From positions 64,001 to 128,000 of the forward strand of contig CAVPCQ010000020.1 of assembly GCA_963702425.1 (NCBI GenBank): 64,000 bases of DNA, in the 5' to 3' direction. Every line of letters begins with the position of its first letter. The first letter of the stretch is position 1. The position numbers and the translations under genes are program-made. A model generated the notes under the pieces. That model was not told where the DNA came from, ran no database searches, and worked only from the letters and a program-made list of their open reading frames with translations. Positions 38,466-49,647 of the stretch are shown in pieces. Origin of the DNA: an uncultured Acidobacteriota bacterium. Lineage in GTDB: Bacteria > Acidobacteriota > Polarisedimenticolia > J045.

Positions 38466-40736
38466 ATGAACCGCCCCGTTCACCGCACCCCCCCCCGGAA
38501 GTCAGCCACCCGCACCGCCGGCGCCGCGATGCTCGCCTGCGCCGCGCTGGCCGCGGTGGCAGGGCCGGCCGAGGGCCGGCCTCCGGTCTCCTTCGTCAAC
38601 GAAGAAATCGTCCCCGAGGTCTCCTCGATCGCTCCGGCCGCGACCGGAGCGACCGCGCCGTTCGCCCGCGTGCGCTACCAGGAGGGCGGCGTCGAATCCC
38701 GCCAGGGGAACGCGCTGCCGCAGGCGGTGGACGTCAACTACCCGGTCTTCGCCGGTGAACGGATCACCACCGACTCCGGCCAGCGGGTGGAGCTGCAGCT
38801 TCCGGACGGCACCATGCTGCGGATCGACCGCGATTCGGAGGTCATGTTCGACGACTTCGCCGCGCTCGACGGCGGCACTTCGGTCGTCGCGCTCGCGAGC
38901 GGACAGGTGCAGCTGATGATCGGCAACGCGCGCGGCGGTGACGGGCTCCGCATCGACACGCCGTCGGCGTCGATCTACCCGCTCGACGCCAGCAACGTGC
39001 GGGTGGACGTGGAGCCGGGCGACGCGGTTCGCGTGTCGGTCGCGAGCGGGCGGGTCGAAGTCGCGGCGGAACGGGGTTCCGTCGTGGTGGTGAGCGGAGA
39101 GCGGACGGCGGTCGCGCCGGGGGCCGCGCCCCGCGACCCGTGGCGCTATGCCGCCGGCACGCGCGACAGCTTCGACGGCTGGGCGGCGCAGCGCGACCGC
39201 GACGATCCTTCCGCAGTGGCGGCGAGCGAGGTGGGCGTGGAATTCGAAGCACTCCCCGAAGAGGTCCAGCCCTACTACGGTGAGCTCTCCCAGGCAGGCC
39301 AGTGGGTCTATACCGAGGACTACGGCTGGGCCCTGCAGCCCAACGTCGGCTCCGACTGGCAGCCCTACCAGAACGGCGAGTGGTACCCGAGCCCGGCCGG
39401 CGACCCGGTCTGGGTCGGAGCCGAACCCTGGGGCTGGGCCACCTGGCGCTACGGGAGCTGGGACTTCAACCTGGGCGTAGGCGGTTGGATCTGGGTTCCC
39501 GGCGCCGTCTGGGGCCCGGCGAACGTGTGGTGGTACTACGGGCCTTCGTACGTCGGCTGGGTCCCGAACAGCTACTGGGGCTGGCCGGTCTACGGCTGGT
39601 ACGGTGGCGGGTACTGGGGTTCACCCTGGTTCGACTACTGCCCCTGGACGTTCGTCGGCTACGACGACTTCTGGCACGGGTCCGTGCCGCGCGCGGCGGT
39701 CTCGCGCGATCGAATCCTCAAGCCGGAGCTCGACCGTGGCGTGGTGTCGCGCGAGGCGATCCCCGCCCCCGACGATCGGCGCGCGCGCGCCGGAGCCGGC
39801 GCGAAGGGCGAGCGGCGCGAAGCGCTCGACCGCGGAGTCTACGACAGGGCCCGCACGCGTGCCGAGCGCGGCGACCGCGCCGTGCGCCCGGTGCCGCGTT
39901 CGACGGTCGAGGACGAGATGCGCCGCGAGCGCGGCGCCGACGCGCCAGGCCAGCGCAGCGGCGGGGGCCAGGGTGCGACGGCTCCCGGCCGGCGCGAGTC
40001 GGTCGGCCGGCGCGGGGGCGAGGGAACGACCGGTCACGTGAAACCCCCGGGTGAGGCCACCCCCCCGCGCGGCGGCGAGCGGTCCGTCACGCCACGCCTT
40101 CCGCGCAGCCCCGCTTCAGCGGCCCCCTCCCAGCCTTCCGCGCCGCGTCCGCCTCGGGCGCCGCGCCGCAGTGCGCCGGACGGTGCCGCCGACCTCAAAC
40201 CGGGCGTGACGCCGGGTTCCCGGGGCCCAGGCAGCAGTACCGTGCCGGCCCGGCAGGGAGCGATGCCTCGCGCCCCGCGCACCTTCCCGCGCGCGCCCGA
40301 GGGGGGCCTCGCCCCCCGCGCGCCGCGCGACGGCGAGTCGGTGCGCCGGTTCTTCGGGCGGCTCTCCGAGGAGAACCGCGGTGCGCCGGTCGCACCGCGG
40401 ACCAGCCCGATTCGCCCGGGATCCGGTCCGACGCGCTCGGAGCGTGCGGCGCCCGCACCCCGTGCCCCGCGCCCGCAGGCCGGGAGCCCGGGTACTCCGA
40501 GCGGCCGCCAGGCGCCGCGGGCGCCCGCGGCCGGGTCCCGGAGCGGATCCGGGAACTCGGGGAAGCCCCCCGCGGCAGCCCCCCGCCCGGGTTCGGGCGG
40601 GAGCGCGCCCCGGAGCGGCCCAGCACCGCGCTCCGGCGGGAGCAGCGCCCCGCACTCCAGCGGGAGCAGCGCGCCTCACGGGAGCAGCGGGAGGAGCAGC
40701 GGCTCGACCGGCCACTCGACTTCTCCACGCCGCTGA
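38466..40736 (+). CDS. Secreted FecR-like + DUF6600-like Trp-rich protein with long disordered C-terminal tail
   Basis: AGGAGG SD; signal peptide; FecR-like GERITTDSGQRVELQLPDGT; W-rich WQPYQNGEW..EPWGWATWRYGSW..WIWVPG; R/P/S/G-rich tail. Confidence 0.8.
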   Translation: MNRPVHRTPPRKSATRTAGAAMLACAALAAVAGPAEGRPPVSFVNEEIVPEVSSIAPAATGATAPFARVRYQEGGVESRQGNALPQAVDVNYPVFAGERITTDSGQRVELQLPDGTMLRIDRDSEVMFDDFAALDGGTSVVALASGQVQLMIGNARGGDGLRIDTPSASIYPLDASNVRVDVEPGDAVRVSVASGRVEVAAERGSVVVVSGERTAVAPGAAPRDPWRYAAGTRDSFDGWAAQRDRDDPSAVAASEVGVEFEALPEEVQPYYGELSQAGQWVYTEDYGWALQPNVGSDWQPYQNGEWYPSPAGDPVWVGAEPWGWATWRYGSWDFNLGVGGWIWVPGAVWGPANVWWYYGPSYVGWVPNSYWGWPVYGWYGGGYWGSPWFDYCPWTFVGYDDFWHGSVPRAAVSRDRILKPELDRGVVSREAIPAPDDRRARAGAGAKGERREALDRGVYDRARTRAERGDRAVRPVPRSTVEDEMRRERGADAPGQRSGGGQGATAPGRRESVGRRGGEGTTGHVKPPGEATPPRGGERSVTPRLPRSPASAAPSQPSAPRPPRAPRRSAPDGAADLKPGVTPGSRGPGSSTVPARQGAMPRAPRTFPRAPEGGLAPRAPRDGESVRRFFGRLSEENRGAPVAPRTSPIRPGSGPTRSERAAPAPRAPRPQAGSPGTPSGRQAPRAPAAGSRSGSGNSGKPPAAAPRPGSGGSAPRSGPAPRSGGSSAPHSSGSSAPHGSSGRSSGSTGHSTSPRR

Positions 40737-40784
40737 GCGGGGGATCGGGTCGGTCGGACCGGGCCCGGCGCGCCGGAGCGACGC

Positions 40785-41819
40785 TCAGCCAGCCGGTTGC
40801 CTCACCGCCGCGAGCGCCCGGCGGTAGACCTCGCGATTGAGCCGGGCCAGCGCGGGACGTCCGATATCCGCCAGGGAGCGCCCGAGCAGGCGCGAGCGCA
40901 GGCGCGAGAGCCGGAAGCGGCCGCTGGCCCGGGAAGCTCGATCGAGCAGCGCGAGCGCGCGCGGGCCAGCCTGCGGATCGTAGTCGGCGCCGACCAGCGC
41001 CGCGAGCGCTTCCCGATCGGCCAGCTGCTCGGCGTCGGTTCCGAATCCGACCCGCCACGTGAGTTCGGCCGCGCGGGCCAGCGACTGGTCGTCGCGCCGC
41101 CGCCAGAACGACCAGAATGGCGCGTGCGACGCGTTGAAATAGCGGCGGGAGATCCAGCCGCCGCGCATGAGCGACTCTTCGCGGGCCAGCAGGAATGCAA
41201 ACTGCGCCTCGTCCTCCAGCGCGGCAACCACGCCCGCGCTCACGACCAGGGTTCGATCCGGCAGCGCGAACACGAGCGGCTCCGCCACGCCGGCGAAGCT
41301 CGCCTCGCCCCAGGGCCCCGGCGTGACCGCCGCGCAGACCGCCGCGACGTAGCAACCGGCGGCGGAGCCGGGTGTCACGCGGAATCGCGTTCCCAGGAGC
41401 TCCCTCAGGCGGGCCGCGACCTCGTCGCTCTGGGTGCGGGTTGGCCCCGTCATGACCGGCCCACCGGCGCAGGAGCGCCCGCGACCGGCGGAGAGGGCAT
41501 GCGGCAGCGCGCACCGCCGGCAGACCACCTCGGCCTCCCCGTTCGGGGCGACGAGCCCGCCGCACGCGGCGCACCACCCCTCCCCCCCGGGAAGCGCGAC
41601 TGAGGCCTGCTCGCGGCAGTGAGGGCAGACCGAGCCCTCGAGCTGGGCCCCGCTGGTCGCTTCCTCCCTTTCGGCGCCCCACGGACCGCGCCAGAACCCC
41701 GTGGGAACGCCGGCCCCCGGGAAGACGGCCAGCCCCGGGAAGTCGGCGCGCTCGGCCGAGGGCGCGGGGGAACAAGGTTCGCCCGAATCCGGGCGCGCCT
41801 CTACGAACGCGTCGTTCAC
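40785..41819 (-). CDS. Cys-rich (Zn-ribbon-like) protein with degenerate M48 peptidase-like domain
   Basis: CPHC/CAAC/CRRC; VFALPDRTLVVSAGVVAALEDEAQFAFLLAREE and EQLADRE..YDP resemble M48; start uncertain (41819 GTG or 41453 ATG). Confidence 0.6.
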   Translation of the reverse strand: MNDAFVEARPDSGEPCSPAPSAERADFPGLAVFPGAGVPTGFWRGPWGAEREEATSGAQLEGSVCPHCREQASVALPGGEGWCAACGGLVAPNGEAEVVCRRCALPHALSAGRGRSCAGGPVMTGPTRTQSDEVAARLRELLGTRFRVTPGSAAGCYVAAVCAAVTPGPWGEASFAGVAEPLVFALPDRTLVVSAGVVAALEDEAQFAFLLAREESLMRGGWISRRYFNASHAPFWSFWRRRDDQSLARAAELTWRVGFGTDAEQLADREALAALVGADYDPQAGPRALALLDRASRASGRFRLSRLRSRLLGRSLADIGRPALARLNREVYRRALAAVRQPAG

Positions 41820-42078
41820 ACTCCCAATATGGGATCCGGACACGTTGGGGACGAGCCGGGCGCGGCCGCGCACGGTTCGCTTGACCCTGCCGCCCGGGAC
41901 CTCTAAAGTTCCGGTTTTTGCCAGGTTGGCCGGAAATCCCGCCGATCGCTCCCCGCCCGCGCGCGCCGCCCGCGGCGCCCTCCGCGCCGCGCAGTCGAGG
42001 ACTGACGCGCCGTGGGGGGGCTTCGCGCCACGGCCGCCTGCGCCCGCGGGGAACGCCTCCGCCAGGAGCGACAGGAGC

Positions 42079-44163
42079 ATGAAGGTCTACGACACGCGCG
42101 ACATCCGGAACATCGCTTTCGTCGGTCACGGACACGCCGGGAAGACCAGTCTCGTCTCCTCCCTGCTCTTCGCGACGCACGCCACGGAGAAGCTCGGCGC
42201 GATCGCGGACGGCAGCACGCTGACGGATTTCGACCCCGACGAGGTCGAACGCAGGATCAGCATGGCGCTCGCCGTAGCCGCGTGCGGATGGATGGATACG
42301 AAGCTCAACCTCGTGGACGCTCCCGGGTACGCGAACTTCATCGGCGAGGCGGCGGCGGCGATGCGGGCCGCCGACGTCGGGCTGATTCTCGTGCACGCCC
42401 TCGACGGGGTCGCGGTACAAACCGAGCGGATGTGGGAGGACGCGGAGAAGGCGGGGCTTCCCGTGATCTTCGCGGTCTCCGCTCTCGACCGCGAGCGGGC
42501 CTCGTTCGCCGAAAGCGCGGCGGCAATCGCGCGCCGTTTCAGTCGCGCGGCTCTGCCGGTCGCCCTCCCGATCGGCGAGGAAGCGAAGGTCCGGGGCGTG
42601 GTCTGCCTCGTGACCGGCAAGGCCTACCTGTCGAAGCCCGGCGCGCCGGACGTCAGCCTCGCCGAGGTCCCCGCGGACATGAAGGACGCGTATCAGGAGG
42701 GACGCGAGAAGCTGCTCGAGGCCGTCGCCGAGTCCGACGACGAACTGATGAACGCCTTCCTCGAGAACGGAACGCTCGATGACGAGCAGTTCGTCGCCGG
42801 GCTCCGCAAGGCGATCGCCGAGCGCAAGCTCATGCCGATCTTCGCGACCGCCGCGACGGCGATGGTCGGAACGCACCACCTGCTCGACGGTATCGTCCAG
42901 TTCGCTCCCTCGCCGGCCGACCGGCCCGCGGTCAAGGTCAAGCTCGAGTCCGGCGAGGAGCAGGAGCGCGCCATCGATGCGAGCGGCCCGTTCACGGCGC
43001 AGGTCTTCAAGACCTACATCGATCCGTTCGCCGGACGGATCTCGATGGTCCGCCTCTTCTCGGGCGCGATCACGGCCGACCAGAACGCCTGGAACGCCAG
43101 CCGTGGAGCCCCGGAGAAGCTCAGCGGTCTGGCAGTCCCGCGCGGCAAGTCCGGCGAGAAGCTCTCGGAGGCTCGGGCGGGCGACATCGTGATGCTAGTC
43201 AAGCTCAAGGACACGCATACCGGCGACACGCTCGTCGCGGACAAGACCCACCTCGCCCAGCTGCCGGCGATCCCGTTCCCCCGGCCGATGATCGCCTACG
43301 CGATCAAGGGCGAGGCCAAGGGCGACGACGAGAAGATCTCGGCCGCGCTGCAGCGCCTCGTGGAAGAGGACCCGACGCTCAAGCTGGACCGCGACCCCCG
43401 CTCGCACGAGCTGATGCTGGCCGGACGGGGCGCCGACCACGTCAAGATCGCGCTCGACAAGATCGCCAAGCGGGCCAACGTCAAGGCGACGCTCGAGAAG
43501 CCCAAGGTGCCCTACCTCGAGACGATCACGAAGAGCGCGCAGGACATGTACAGGCACAAGAAGCAGACCGGCGGTGCCGGGCAGTTCGCCGAGGTGCACA
43601 TGCGGATCGACCCGCAGCCGCGCGGTACGGGATTCGAGTTCACATCGGAGATCTTTGGCGGCTCGATCTCCCGGAACTTCTGGCCGTCGATCGAGAAGGG
43701 CGTCCACAAGGTGCTCGACGGGGGCGCGATCGCCGGCTACCCGATGGTCGACGTCAAGGCCGTGATCTACGACGGCAAGGAGCACCCGGTCGACTCCAAG
43801 GACATCGCCTTCCAGGTCGCGGGGCGCGAGGTCTTCAAGCTCTGCGTCCAGAAGGCCGGGCCGGTCGTGCTCGAGCCGATCATGAAAGTCGTGGTCACCT
43901 GTCCCGACGAGTGCATGGGCGACATCCTCGGCGACCTGACGCGACGGCGCGGCAAGGTGCAGGGATCGGACAATGCGGGTGGACGCACCGTCGTACGCGC
44001 GCAGGTCCCGATGGCCGAAATGCTCGAGTACGCCGCGACATTGAAGTCCCTGACCTCCGACCGTGGCTCGTACGTGATGGACCTCGACCACTACGAGCGC
44101 GTGCCAGCCGACCTCCAGGCCAAGCTGCAGGCCGAGTACAAGCCGCACGAGACCGAGGACTGA
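42079..44163 (+). CDS. Elongation factor G paralogue (EF-G2-like, outside the str operon)
   Basis: [43 protein letters not shown]; 694 aa. Confidence 0.92.
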   Translation: MKVYDTRDIRNIAFVGHGHAGKTSLVSSLLFATHATEKLGAIADGSTLTDFDPDEVERRISMALAVAACGWMDTKLNLVDAPGYANFIGEAAAAMRAADVGLILVHALDGVAVQTERMWEDAEKAGLPVIFAVSALDRERASFAESAAAIARRFSRAALPVALPIGEEAKVRGVVCLVTGKAYLSKPGAPDVSLAEVPADMKDAYQEGREKLLEAVAESDDELMNAFLENGTLDDEQFVAGLRKAIAERKLMPIFATAATAMVGTHHLLDGIVQFAPSPADRPAVKVKLESGEEQERAIDASGPFTAQVFKTYIDPFAGRISMVRLFSGAITADQNAWNASRGAPEKLSGLAVPRGKSGEKLSEARAGDIVMLVKLKDTHTGDTLVADKTHLAQLPAIPFPRPMIAYAIKGEAKGDDEKISAALQRLVEEDPTLKLDRDPRSHELMLAGRGADHVKIALDKIAKRANVKATLEKPKVPYLETITKSAQDMYRHKKQTGGAGQFAEVHMRIDPQPRGTGFEFTSEIFGGSISRNFWPSIEKGVHKVLDGGAIAGYPMVDVKAVIYDGKEHPVDSKDIAFQVAGREVFKLCVQKAGPVVLEPIMKVVVTCPDECMGDILGDLTRRRGKVQGSDNAGGRTVVRAQVPMAEMLEYAATLKSLTSDRGSYVMDLDHYERVPADLQAKLQAEYKPHETED

Positions 44164-44167
44164 CCTC

Positions 44168-45493
44168 TTGACCGAGCCCGTCCGCATCAAGGATCTCGGC
44201 CTTCACGCGGGCCAGGTGGTCGTGATCCGCGGCTGGGTCACCCACGTCCGCTCGAAGGGGAAGATCGCCTTCGTCGTCGTGCGCGACGGGTCGGGAATCG
44301 TGCAGACGGTGGCGTCGCTACAGGACGTCGGGGCGGAGGCGCTGGCGCGGATGGACGGCGCGACGCAGGAGGCGTCGGTCGTCGTCGCGGGCACGGTCCG
44401 GGCCGACAAGCGCGCCCCGGGAGGCTTCGAGCTTCAGGTGAACTCGTTCGAGCTGGTCGGGGCCTCGCCCGACTACCCGATCTCTCCCAAGGAGCACGGC
44501 ATCGAGTTTCTGCTCGACCACCGCCACCTCTGGCTGCGCCACCGCGGCCCGTGGGCGATCCTCAGGATCCGCGACGAGATCGAGAAGTCGATCCGCGACT
44601 TCATGTACGACCGCGAGTTCGTGCTGATCGACTCGCCGATCCTGACCCCGGCGGCGTGCGAGGGGACGAGCACGCTGTTCGAGACCGACTACTTCGAGGA
44701 GAAGGCCTACCTCTCGCAGTCCGGCCAGCTCTACCTCGAGCCGGCCTGCATGGCCTTCGACAAAGTCTACTGCTTCGGCCCGACGTTCCGTGCCGAGAAG
44801 TCCAAGACGCGCCGCCATCTGACCGAGTTCTGGATGATCGAGCCGGAGATGGCCTGGGCGACGCTCGACGACGTGATGACACTGGCCGAGGAGATGGTGT
44901 CGTACCTCGTCGCCCGCGTGCTCGACCGCCGGCGCGAGGAACTGAAGATCCTCGAGCGGGACACGGCGAAGCTGGAGTCGGTCGTTCCGCCGTTCCCGCG
45001 CCTGTCCTACGACGAGGCCGCCGCGATCCTGACGCGCCCGGAGAACGTGCGGCGCGCGGAGCAGGCCGGGGCGCCGCCGTTCGTGCCAGGGAACGATCTC
45101 GGAGCGGTGGACGAGACGATCCTCGGCGAGCCGTACGACCGGCCGGTGATGATCCACCGCTATCCGGTCCCGGTGAAGGCATTCTACATGCAGCCTGACC
45201 CCGAGCGGCCCGACCGCGCGCTTTGCGTCGACGTGATCGCGCCAGAGGGCTACGGCGAGATCATCGGCGGCAGCCAGCGGATCCACGACCCGGAGCTCCT
45301 GCGTGCGCGGATTGCCGAGCACGGGCTGCCGGAGTCGGCCTTCCGCTGGTACCTCGACGTGCGGAGGTACGGAGCGGTACCGCACGCCGGGTTCGGCATG
45401 GGGATCGAGCGCGTCGTCGGGTGGATCACCGGCACGCGGCACCTGCGCGAGACGATCCCCTACCCGAGGACGATCCAGCGGTTGTACCCGTGA
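44168..45493 (+). CDS. asnS: Asparagine--tRNA ligase
   Basis: OB-fold N-terminus, [53 protein letters not shown]. Confidence 0.96.
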   Translation: MTEPVRIKDLGLHAGQVVVIRGWVTHVRSKGKIAFVVVRDGSGIVQTVASLQDVGAEALARMDGATQEASVVVAGTVRADKRAPGGFELQVNSFELVGASPDYPISPKEHGIEFLLDHRHLWLRHRGPWAILRIRDEIEKSIRDFMYDREFVLIDSPILTPAACEGTSTLFETDYFEEKAYLSQSGQLYLEPACMAFDKVYCFGPTFRAEKSKTRRHLTEFWMIEPEMAWATLDDVMTLAEEMVSYLVARVLDRRREELKILERDTAKLESVVPPFPRLSYDEAAAILTRPENVRRAEQAGAPPFVPGNDLGAVDETILGEPYDRPVMIHRYPVPVKAFYMQPDPERPDRALCVDVIAPEGYGEIIGGSQRIHDPELLRARIAEHGLPESAFRWYLDVRRYGAVPHAGFGMGIERVVGWITGTRHLRETIPYPRTIQRLYP

Positions 45494-46872
45494 GCCGCGG
45501 GGGAGCCGCCCGCCGCGTCGCGCTCGTCAGCCTGGGTTGCCCCAAGAACCAGGTCGACAGCGAACTGATCCTCGGCCGCTTGCGCGCGGAGGGCTGGGAG
45601 GTCGTGGGGGACGCCAACGATGCCGACACGCTCGTCGTCAACACCTGCGCCTTCATCGACAAGGCGCGCGCCGAGTCGGTCGAGGCGCTGGTCGATGCGG
45701 TGCAGTGGAAGAAGGACCGCGACGGCCGCCAGGTCGTCGCAGCCGGGTGCCTCGTGCAGCGCTACGGCGGTGAACTGGCCCGGGAAATCCCCGAACTCGA
45801 CGCGCTGATCGGTCTCGACGGGATCCAGCGGGTCCACCACTCGCTGCCCCGGGAGAAGCCGGGCCTGCTCGCGTTGCCGGCTGCCGCACCGGCGGGTGGC
45901 CCGGCGACGGGGCTGTTCGACGCCACCGACCCGCGGTTGCGGCTCTCACCCCCTTACACCGCCTTCGTCAAGATCGCCGAGGGGTGCAACCAGCAGTGCG
46001 CCTTCTGCGCGATCCCGACCTTCCGCGGGCGGATGCGCTCGAGAACGATCGTGGACTTGGGAGCGGAGTTGTCGCTGCTGGCGCGCGAGGGGGTCGTCGA
46101 GGCGAACCTCGTCGCCCAGGATTCCACCGGCTACGGGCGCGACCTCGGCCTGCGGGATGGACTGGCCGACCTGATCGAGTCGTTCGAGACGCTGTCCGAG
46201 GTGCCGCGCTGGATCCGGCTGCACTACCTCTACCCGGGCCGGATCTCGCGCCGGCTGCTCGAGGCGTTCGCGCGCTCCACGCGGCTCGTCGAGTACATCG
46301 ATCTGCCGTTGCAGCACGCGCACCGCGGGACGCTGCAGCGGATGAACCGGCCGGGGTCGGGAGAGGCCCACCTCGCGCAGCTCGAGGAACTCCGGCGCGC
46401 CCTTCCCGGCGCCGGTGTGCGCTCGAGCTTCATCGTCGGCTTTCCGGGAGAGACCGAAGCGGAATTCGGCGAACTCTGCGCCTTCGTGCAGGCCGCGGGG
46501 CTCGACGCCGTCGGGGTCTTCACCTACTCCCACGAGGAGTCGACGACCGCCTTCGCGCTCGAGGACGGCATCCCGGAGGAGGTCAAGGAGGAGCGGCGCG
46601 AACGGCTCGAGGAGATCGCCTCCTCGGTCGCGCACGAGCGCAACCGGGCGCGGATCGGCACGACGCTCGAGCTGCTCGTCGAGGGGCCGGGCGACGACTC
46701 GCCGCGCGACGCGGTCGCGCGCTGGCGGGGTCAGGCGCCGGAGGTCGATGGCCACGTGGTCCTGATCGACGGCGGCGGGATCGCGCCGGGCTCGCTGGTC
46801 CCCGGGACCGTGGTCGATGCCGGTCCCCACGACCTGACCGCGCGCGTCGGCGCCGGCGGAGGCACGCCGTGA
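45490..46872 (+). CDS. rimO: Ribosomal protein S12 methylthiotransferase
   Basis: [33 protein letters not shown] radical-SAM motif, QAPEVDG TRAM. Confidence 0.94.
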   Translation: MSRGGAARRVALVSLGCPKNQVDSELILGRLRAEGWEVVGDANDADTLVVNTCAFIDKARAESVEALVDAVQWKKDRDGRQVVAAGCLVQRYGGELAREIPELDALIGLDGIQRVHHSLPREKPGLLALPAAAPAGGPATGLFDATDPRLRLSPPYTAFVKIAEGCNQQCAFCAIPTFRGRMRSRTIVDLGAELSLLAREGVVEANLVAQDSTGYGRDLGLRDGLADLIESFETLSEVPRWIRLHYLYPGRISRRLLEAFARSTRLVEYIDLPLQHAHRGTLQRMNRPGSGEAHLAQLEELRRALPGAGVRSSFIVGFPGETEAEFGELCAFVQAAGLDAVGVFTYSHEESTTAFALEDGIPEEVKEERRERLEEIASSVAHERNRARIGTTLELLVEGPGDDSPRDAVARWRGQAPEVDGHVVLIDGGGIAPGSLVPGTVVDAGPHDLTARVGAGGGTP

Positions 46873-47327
46873 CTCGGCTCGAGACCACGCTGGCGACCTG
46901 GTTCGGCAGCGGCTACTCACCGTTCGCGTCCGGCACGGCAGGGACGCTGGCCAGCGTGCCGCTGGTCCTGCTCCTGTGGTGGATCGGTTCGGTCCCGCTG
47001 CACATCGCGGCGATCGTCGGCGTCACGGCGCTCGGCCTCTGGGCCTCCCGGGGCGCGGAGGCGCACTGGGGGCGCAAGGACCCGGGCCAGGTCGTCATCG
47101 ACGAGACCGCCGGCTACCTCGTGGCGACCCTCCTCGTGCCCCCCACAGCCGTCGCGCTCGCCCTGTCCTTTCTGCTGTTCCGCGCTTTCGACGTCGTGAA
47201 GCCCTTCCCGGCCGGCCGCTCCCAGGCGCTCCCGGGTGCGTGGGGGATCATGGCCGACGACCTGTTCGCGGGGATCTACTCGAACCTGGCGCTGCAGGCC
47301 CTGCTCTGGCTCTGGGGCCGTGCGTGA
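46869..47327 (+). CDS. pgpA: Phosphatidylglycerophosphatase A
   Basis: GSGYSPFASGTAGTL, KDPGQVVIDE, FRAFDVVKP, GIMADD. Confidence 0.93.
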   Translation: MTRLETTLATWFGSGYSPFASGTAGTLASVPLVLLLWWIGSVPLHIAAIVGVTALGLWASRGAEAHWGRKDPGQVVIDETAGYLVATLLVPPTAVALALSFLLFRAFDVVKPFPAGRSQALPGAWGIMADDLFAGIYSNLALQALLWLWGRA

Positions 47328-48262
47328 CCGTCGTCGACCGGCTCGAGCAGCTCCCGCTGCCGGACGGAAGGCGAATGGTGGCGACGATCGGCTTCTACGA
47401 TGGCCTGCACCGCGGCCACCAGGCGATTCTCGACGAGGTCGTCCGCCGGGCGCGTACCGCGGGCGAACCCGCGGCGGTGGTCACGTTCGAGCCGCACCCC
47501 CTGCGGGTGCTGGCCCCCGAGCGCGCGCCGCGCCTGCTGCTGACCGACGACCAGAAGATCGCCCTCTTCGAGCAGTCGGGCCTCGACCTGGTGGTCTTTC
47601 TGCCGTTCGACCGCCCGATGGCGGCCATGCCGGCCGAGATCTTCGCGCGCGAGGTCGTGAGCGGACGGCTCCGCGCCTCCCAGGTGCTGGTCGGCTCGAA
47701 CTTCCGCTTCGGGCGCGGGCGCGCCGGGGACGTGCCGTTGCTGGCCCGCGTCGGCGCCGAATGCGGCTTCACGGCGGAAGCCCTCGAGGCGGTGCTGGAC
47801 GGCGGGCAGCCGGTCTCGGCGTCGCGCATCCGGCGCGAACTGGCGGACGGCGACGTGGCGGAGGCCGCGCGCCTGCTGGGCCGGCCGTACGCCTTGGCGG
47901 GGACCATCGTCCATGGCGAGGGGCGCGGGGGGAAGGTCGTGGTCGCCACCGCGAACCTCGCTCCCGAGAACGAGTTCCTGCCGGCGCGGGGGGTCTACAT
48001 CACGCGCCTGCGGTGGCAGGGCGACCGCCGCGAGGGCCTGACCAACGTCGGCTCCCGTCCCACCTTCGGTGCCGACCGGGTCACCGTGGAGACCCACCTG
48101 CCCGGCTTCGAAGGCGACCTCTACGGCGAACGGGCGGAGCTGGAGTTCCTGGCCCGGCTGCGGGACGAACGGCACTTCCCGACCCCGGCCGACCTCGTGG
48201 CGCAGATCCGCCGCGACCTCGAGGCATTCGCCGACTGGAAGGCCGCCGGGGGCGGGGGCTAG
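47324..48262 (+). CDS. ribF: Bifunctional riboflavin kinase / FAD synthetase
   Basis: IGFYDGLHRGHQ, TFEPHP, NFRFG, SASRIR, TANL, NVGSRPTF, LRDERHF. Confidence 0.95.
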   Translation: MTVVDRLEQLPLPDGRRMVATIGFYDGLHRGHQAILDEVVRRARTAGEPAAVVTFEPHPLRVLAPERAPRLLLTDDQKIALFEQSGLDLVVFLPFDRPMAAMPAEIFAREVVSGRLRASQVLVGSNFRFGRGRAGDVPLLARVGAECGFTAEALEAVLDGGQPVSASRIRRELADGDVAEAARLLGRPYALAGTIVHGEGRGGKVVVATANLAPENEFLPARGVYITRLRWQGDRREGLTNVGSRPTFGADRVTVETHLPGFEGDLYGERAELEFLARLRDERHFPTPADLVAQIRRDLEAFADWKAAGGGG

Positions 48263-48377
48263 CCCCCCGATGCATCGGTAGAGCGCCATGGAGTAACCTG
48301 TTCGTCCCACCCCCCGGATTGACTGCGGGCGCACCGGCAGCGTGTCTCCTACCCTCTGGCCCGCGAAAGGACCCTGG

Positions 48378-49616
48378 ATGTCCGCCGTCAAGCCGTTCCG
48401 GGCCTACCGCCCCCGGCCTGATCTCGCCCGACTCGTCGCGAGCTTCCCGTACGACGTCATCTCGTCGGACGAGGCGCGCGCGCTCGCCGCGGGAAACCCC
48501 CACTCCTTCCTGCACGTCGGCAAGCCGGAGATCGACCTCGACCCGTCGATCCCGCTCCACGACGACCGCGTCTACGCGACGGCGCGCGCGAACCTCGCGC
48601 GGATGATCGCCGAGGGCGTGCTGCAACGCGACGCGCGGCCCTGCCTGTCGGTCTACCAGCAGCGGATGGGCGATCACGTCCAGGCCGGGGTCGTCGGGCT
48701 CACGTCGGTCGCGGAGTACGAACGCGACCTGATCAAGAAGCACGAGCACACGCGGAAGGACAAGGAAGACGACCGGACCCGGCACGTGACGGAGTGCGAC
48801 GCGAACGCCGAGCCGGTCTTCCTGACCTACCGCAAGGAGCCGGCAATCGACGCGATCGTCGACCGCGTCCGCGCCCGGCCACCGCTTCACGACCTGGTGA
48901 CCGAGGACGGGATCGGGCACACGGTCTGGGTCGTCGACGATCCGGCCGAGATCGACGCCCTGGTTCGGCTGTTTGCCGCCGTGCCGGCGCTCTATGTCGC
49001 CGATGGGCACCACCGCACGGCGGCCGCGGTCCGACACGGACAGGCCGCGCGCGCGAAGCACCCCGGGGCCGGGCCCGATGCGCCGTTCGAGGGGTTCATG
49101 GCGGTCGTCTTCCCGCACGACCAGCTGCAGATCCTCGACTACAACCGCGTGGTGAAGGACCTCAACGGGCTGACCCCCGCGGCCTTCCTTGGGCGGGTTG
49201 CCGAGCGCTTCGAGGTCGTTCCGGCCGGCGGGCCGCGCCCGCGCGCGCCGCACGAGTTCGGCATGTTCCTCGAAGGGCGCTGGTACCGGCTCGTCGCGAA
49301 GCACGGGACCTTCCCCGCCGGCGATCCCGTGCGCGGCCTCGACGTGTCGATCCTGCAGGACAACCTGCTCGCCCCGGTGCTGGGCATCGCCGACCCGCGG
49401 ACCGACAAACGGATCGACTTCGTCGGCGGCATTCGCGGAACGGCCGGGCTGGAGGCGCGGGTGCGCGAGGGCTGGGCGGTCGCCTTCTCGCTCTACCCGA
49501 CGTCGCTCGACCAGCTGATGGCCGTCGCCGACGCCGGGATGGTGATGCCACCGAAATCGACCTGGTTCGAACCGAAACTCCGTTCCGGGCTGACGGTCCG
49601 GACGCTCGACGAGTAG
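48378..49616 (+). CDS. DUF1015 family protein
   Basis: KPFRAYRP, PYDVIS, IKKHEHT, YVADGHHR, MPPKSTWFEPKLRSGL. Confidence 0.92.
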   Translation: MSAVKPFRAYRPRPDLARLVASFPYDVISSDEARALAAGNPHSFLHVGKPEIDLDPSIPLHDDRVYATARANLARMIAEGVLQRDARPCLSVYQQRMGDHVQAGVVGLTSVAEYERDLIKKHEHTRKDKEDDRTRHVTECDANAEPVFLTYRKEPAIDAIVDRVRARPPLHDLVTEDGIGHTVWVVDDPAEIDALVRLFAAVPALYVADGHHRTAAAVRHGQAARAKHPGAGPDAPFEGFMAVVFPHDQLQILDYNRVVKDLNGLTPAAFLGRVAERFEVVPAGGPRPRAPHEFGMFLEGRWYRLVAKHGTFPAGDPVRGLDVSILQDNLLAPVLGIADPRTDKRIDFVGGIRGTAGLEARVREGWAVAFSLYPTSLDQLMAVADAGMVMPPKSTWFEPKLRSGLTVRTLDE

Positions 49617-49647
49617 CGGCGGGCGGACGGAGTCCATGGAGGTTCCG

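Noticed and set aside
40600-40710. Short tandem GGGAGCAGCG repeats
   Set aside because: In-frame coding repeats for the GSS-rich tail; too short and irregular for CRISPR, and no cas genes are present
41900-42070. GC-rich hairpins upstream of the EF-G paralogue as a possible ncRNA or REP element
   Set aside because: No second copy recognised in the window, and such pairing is expected by chance at this GC content
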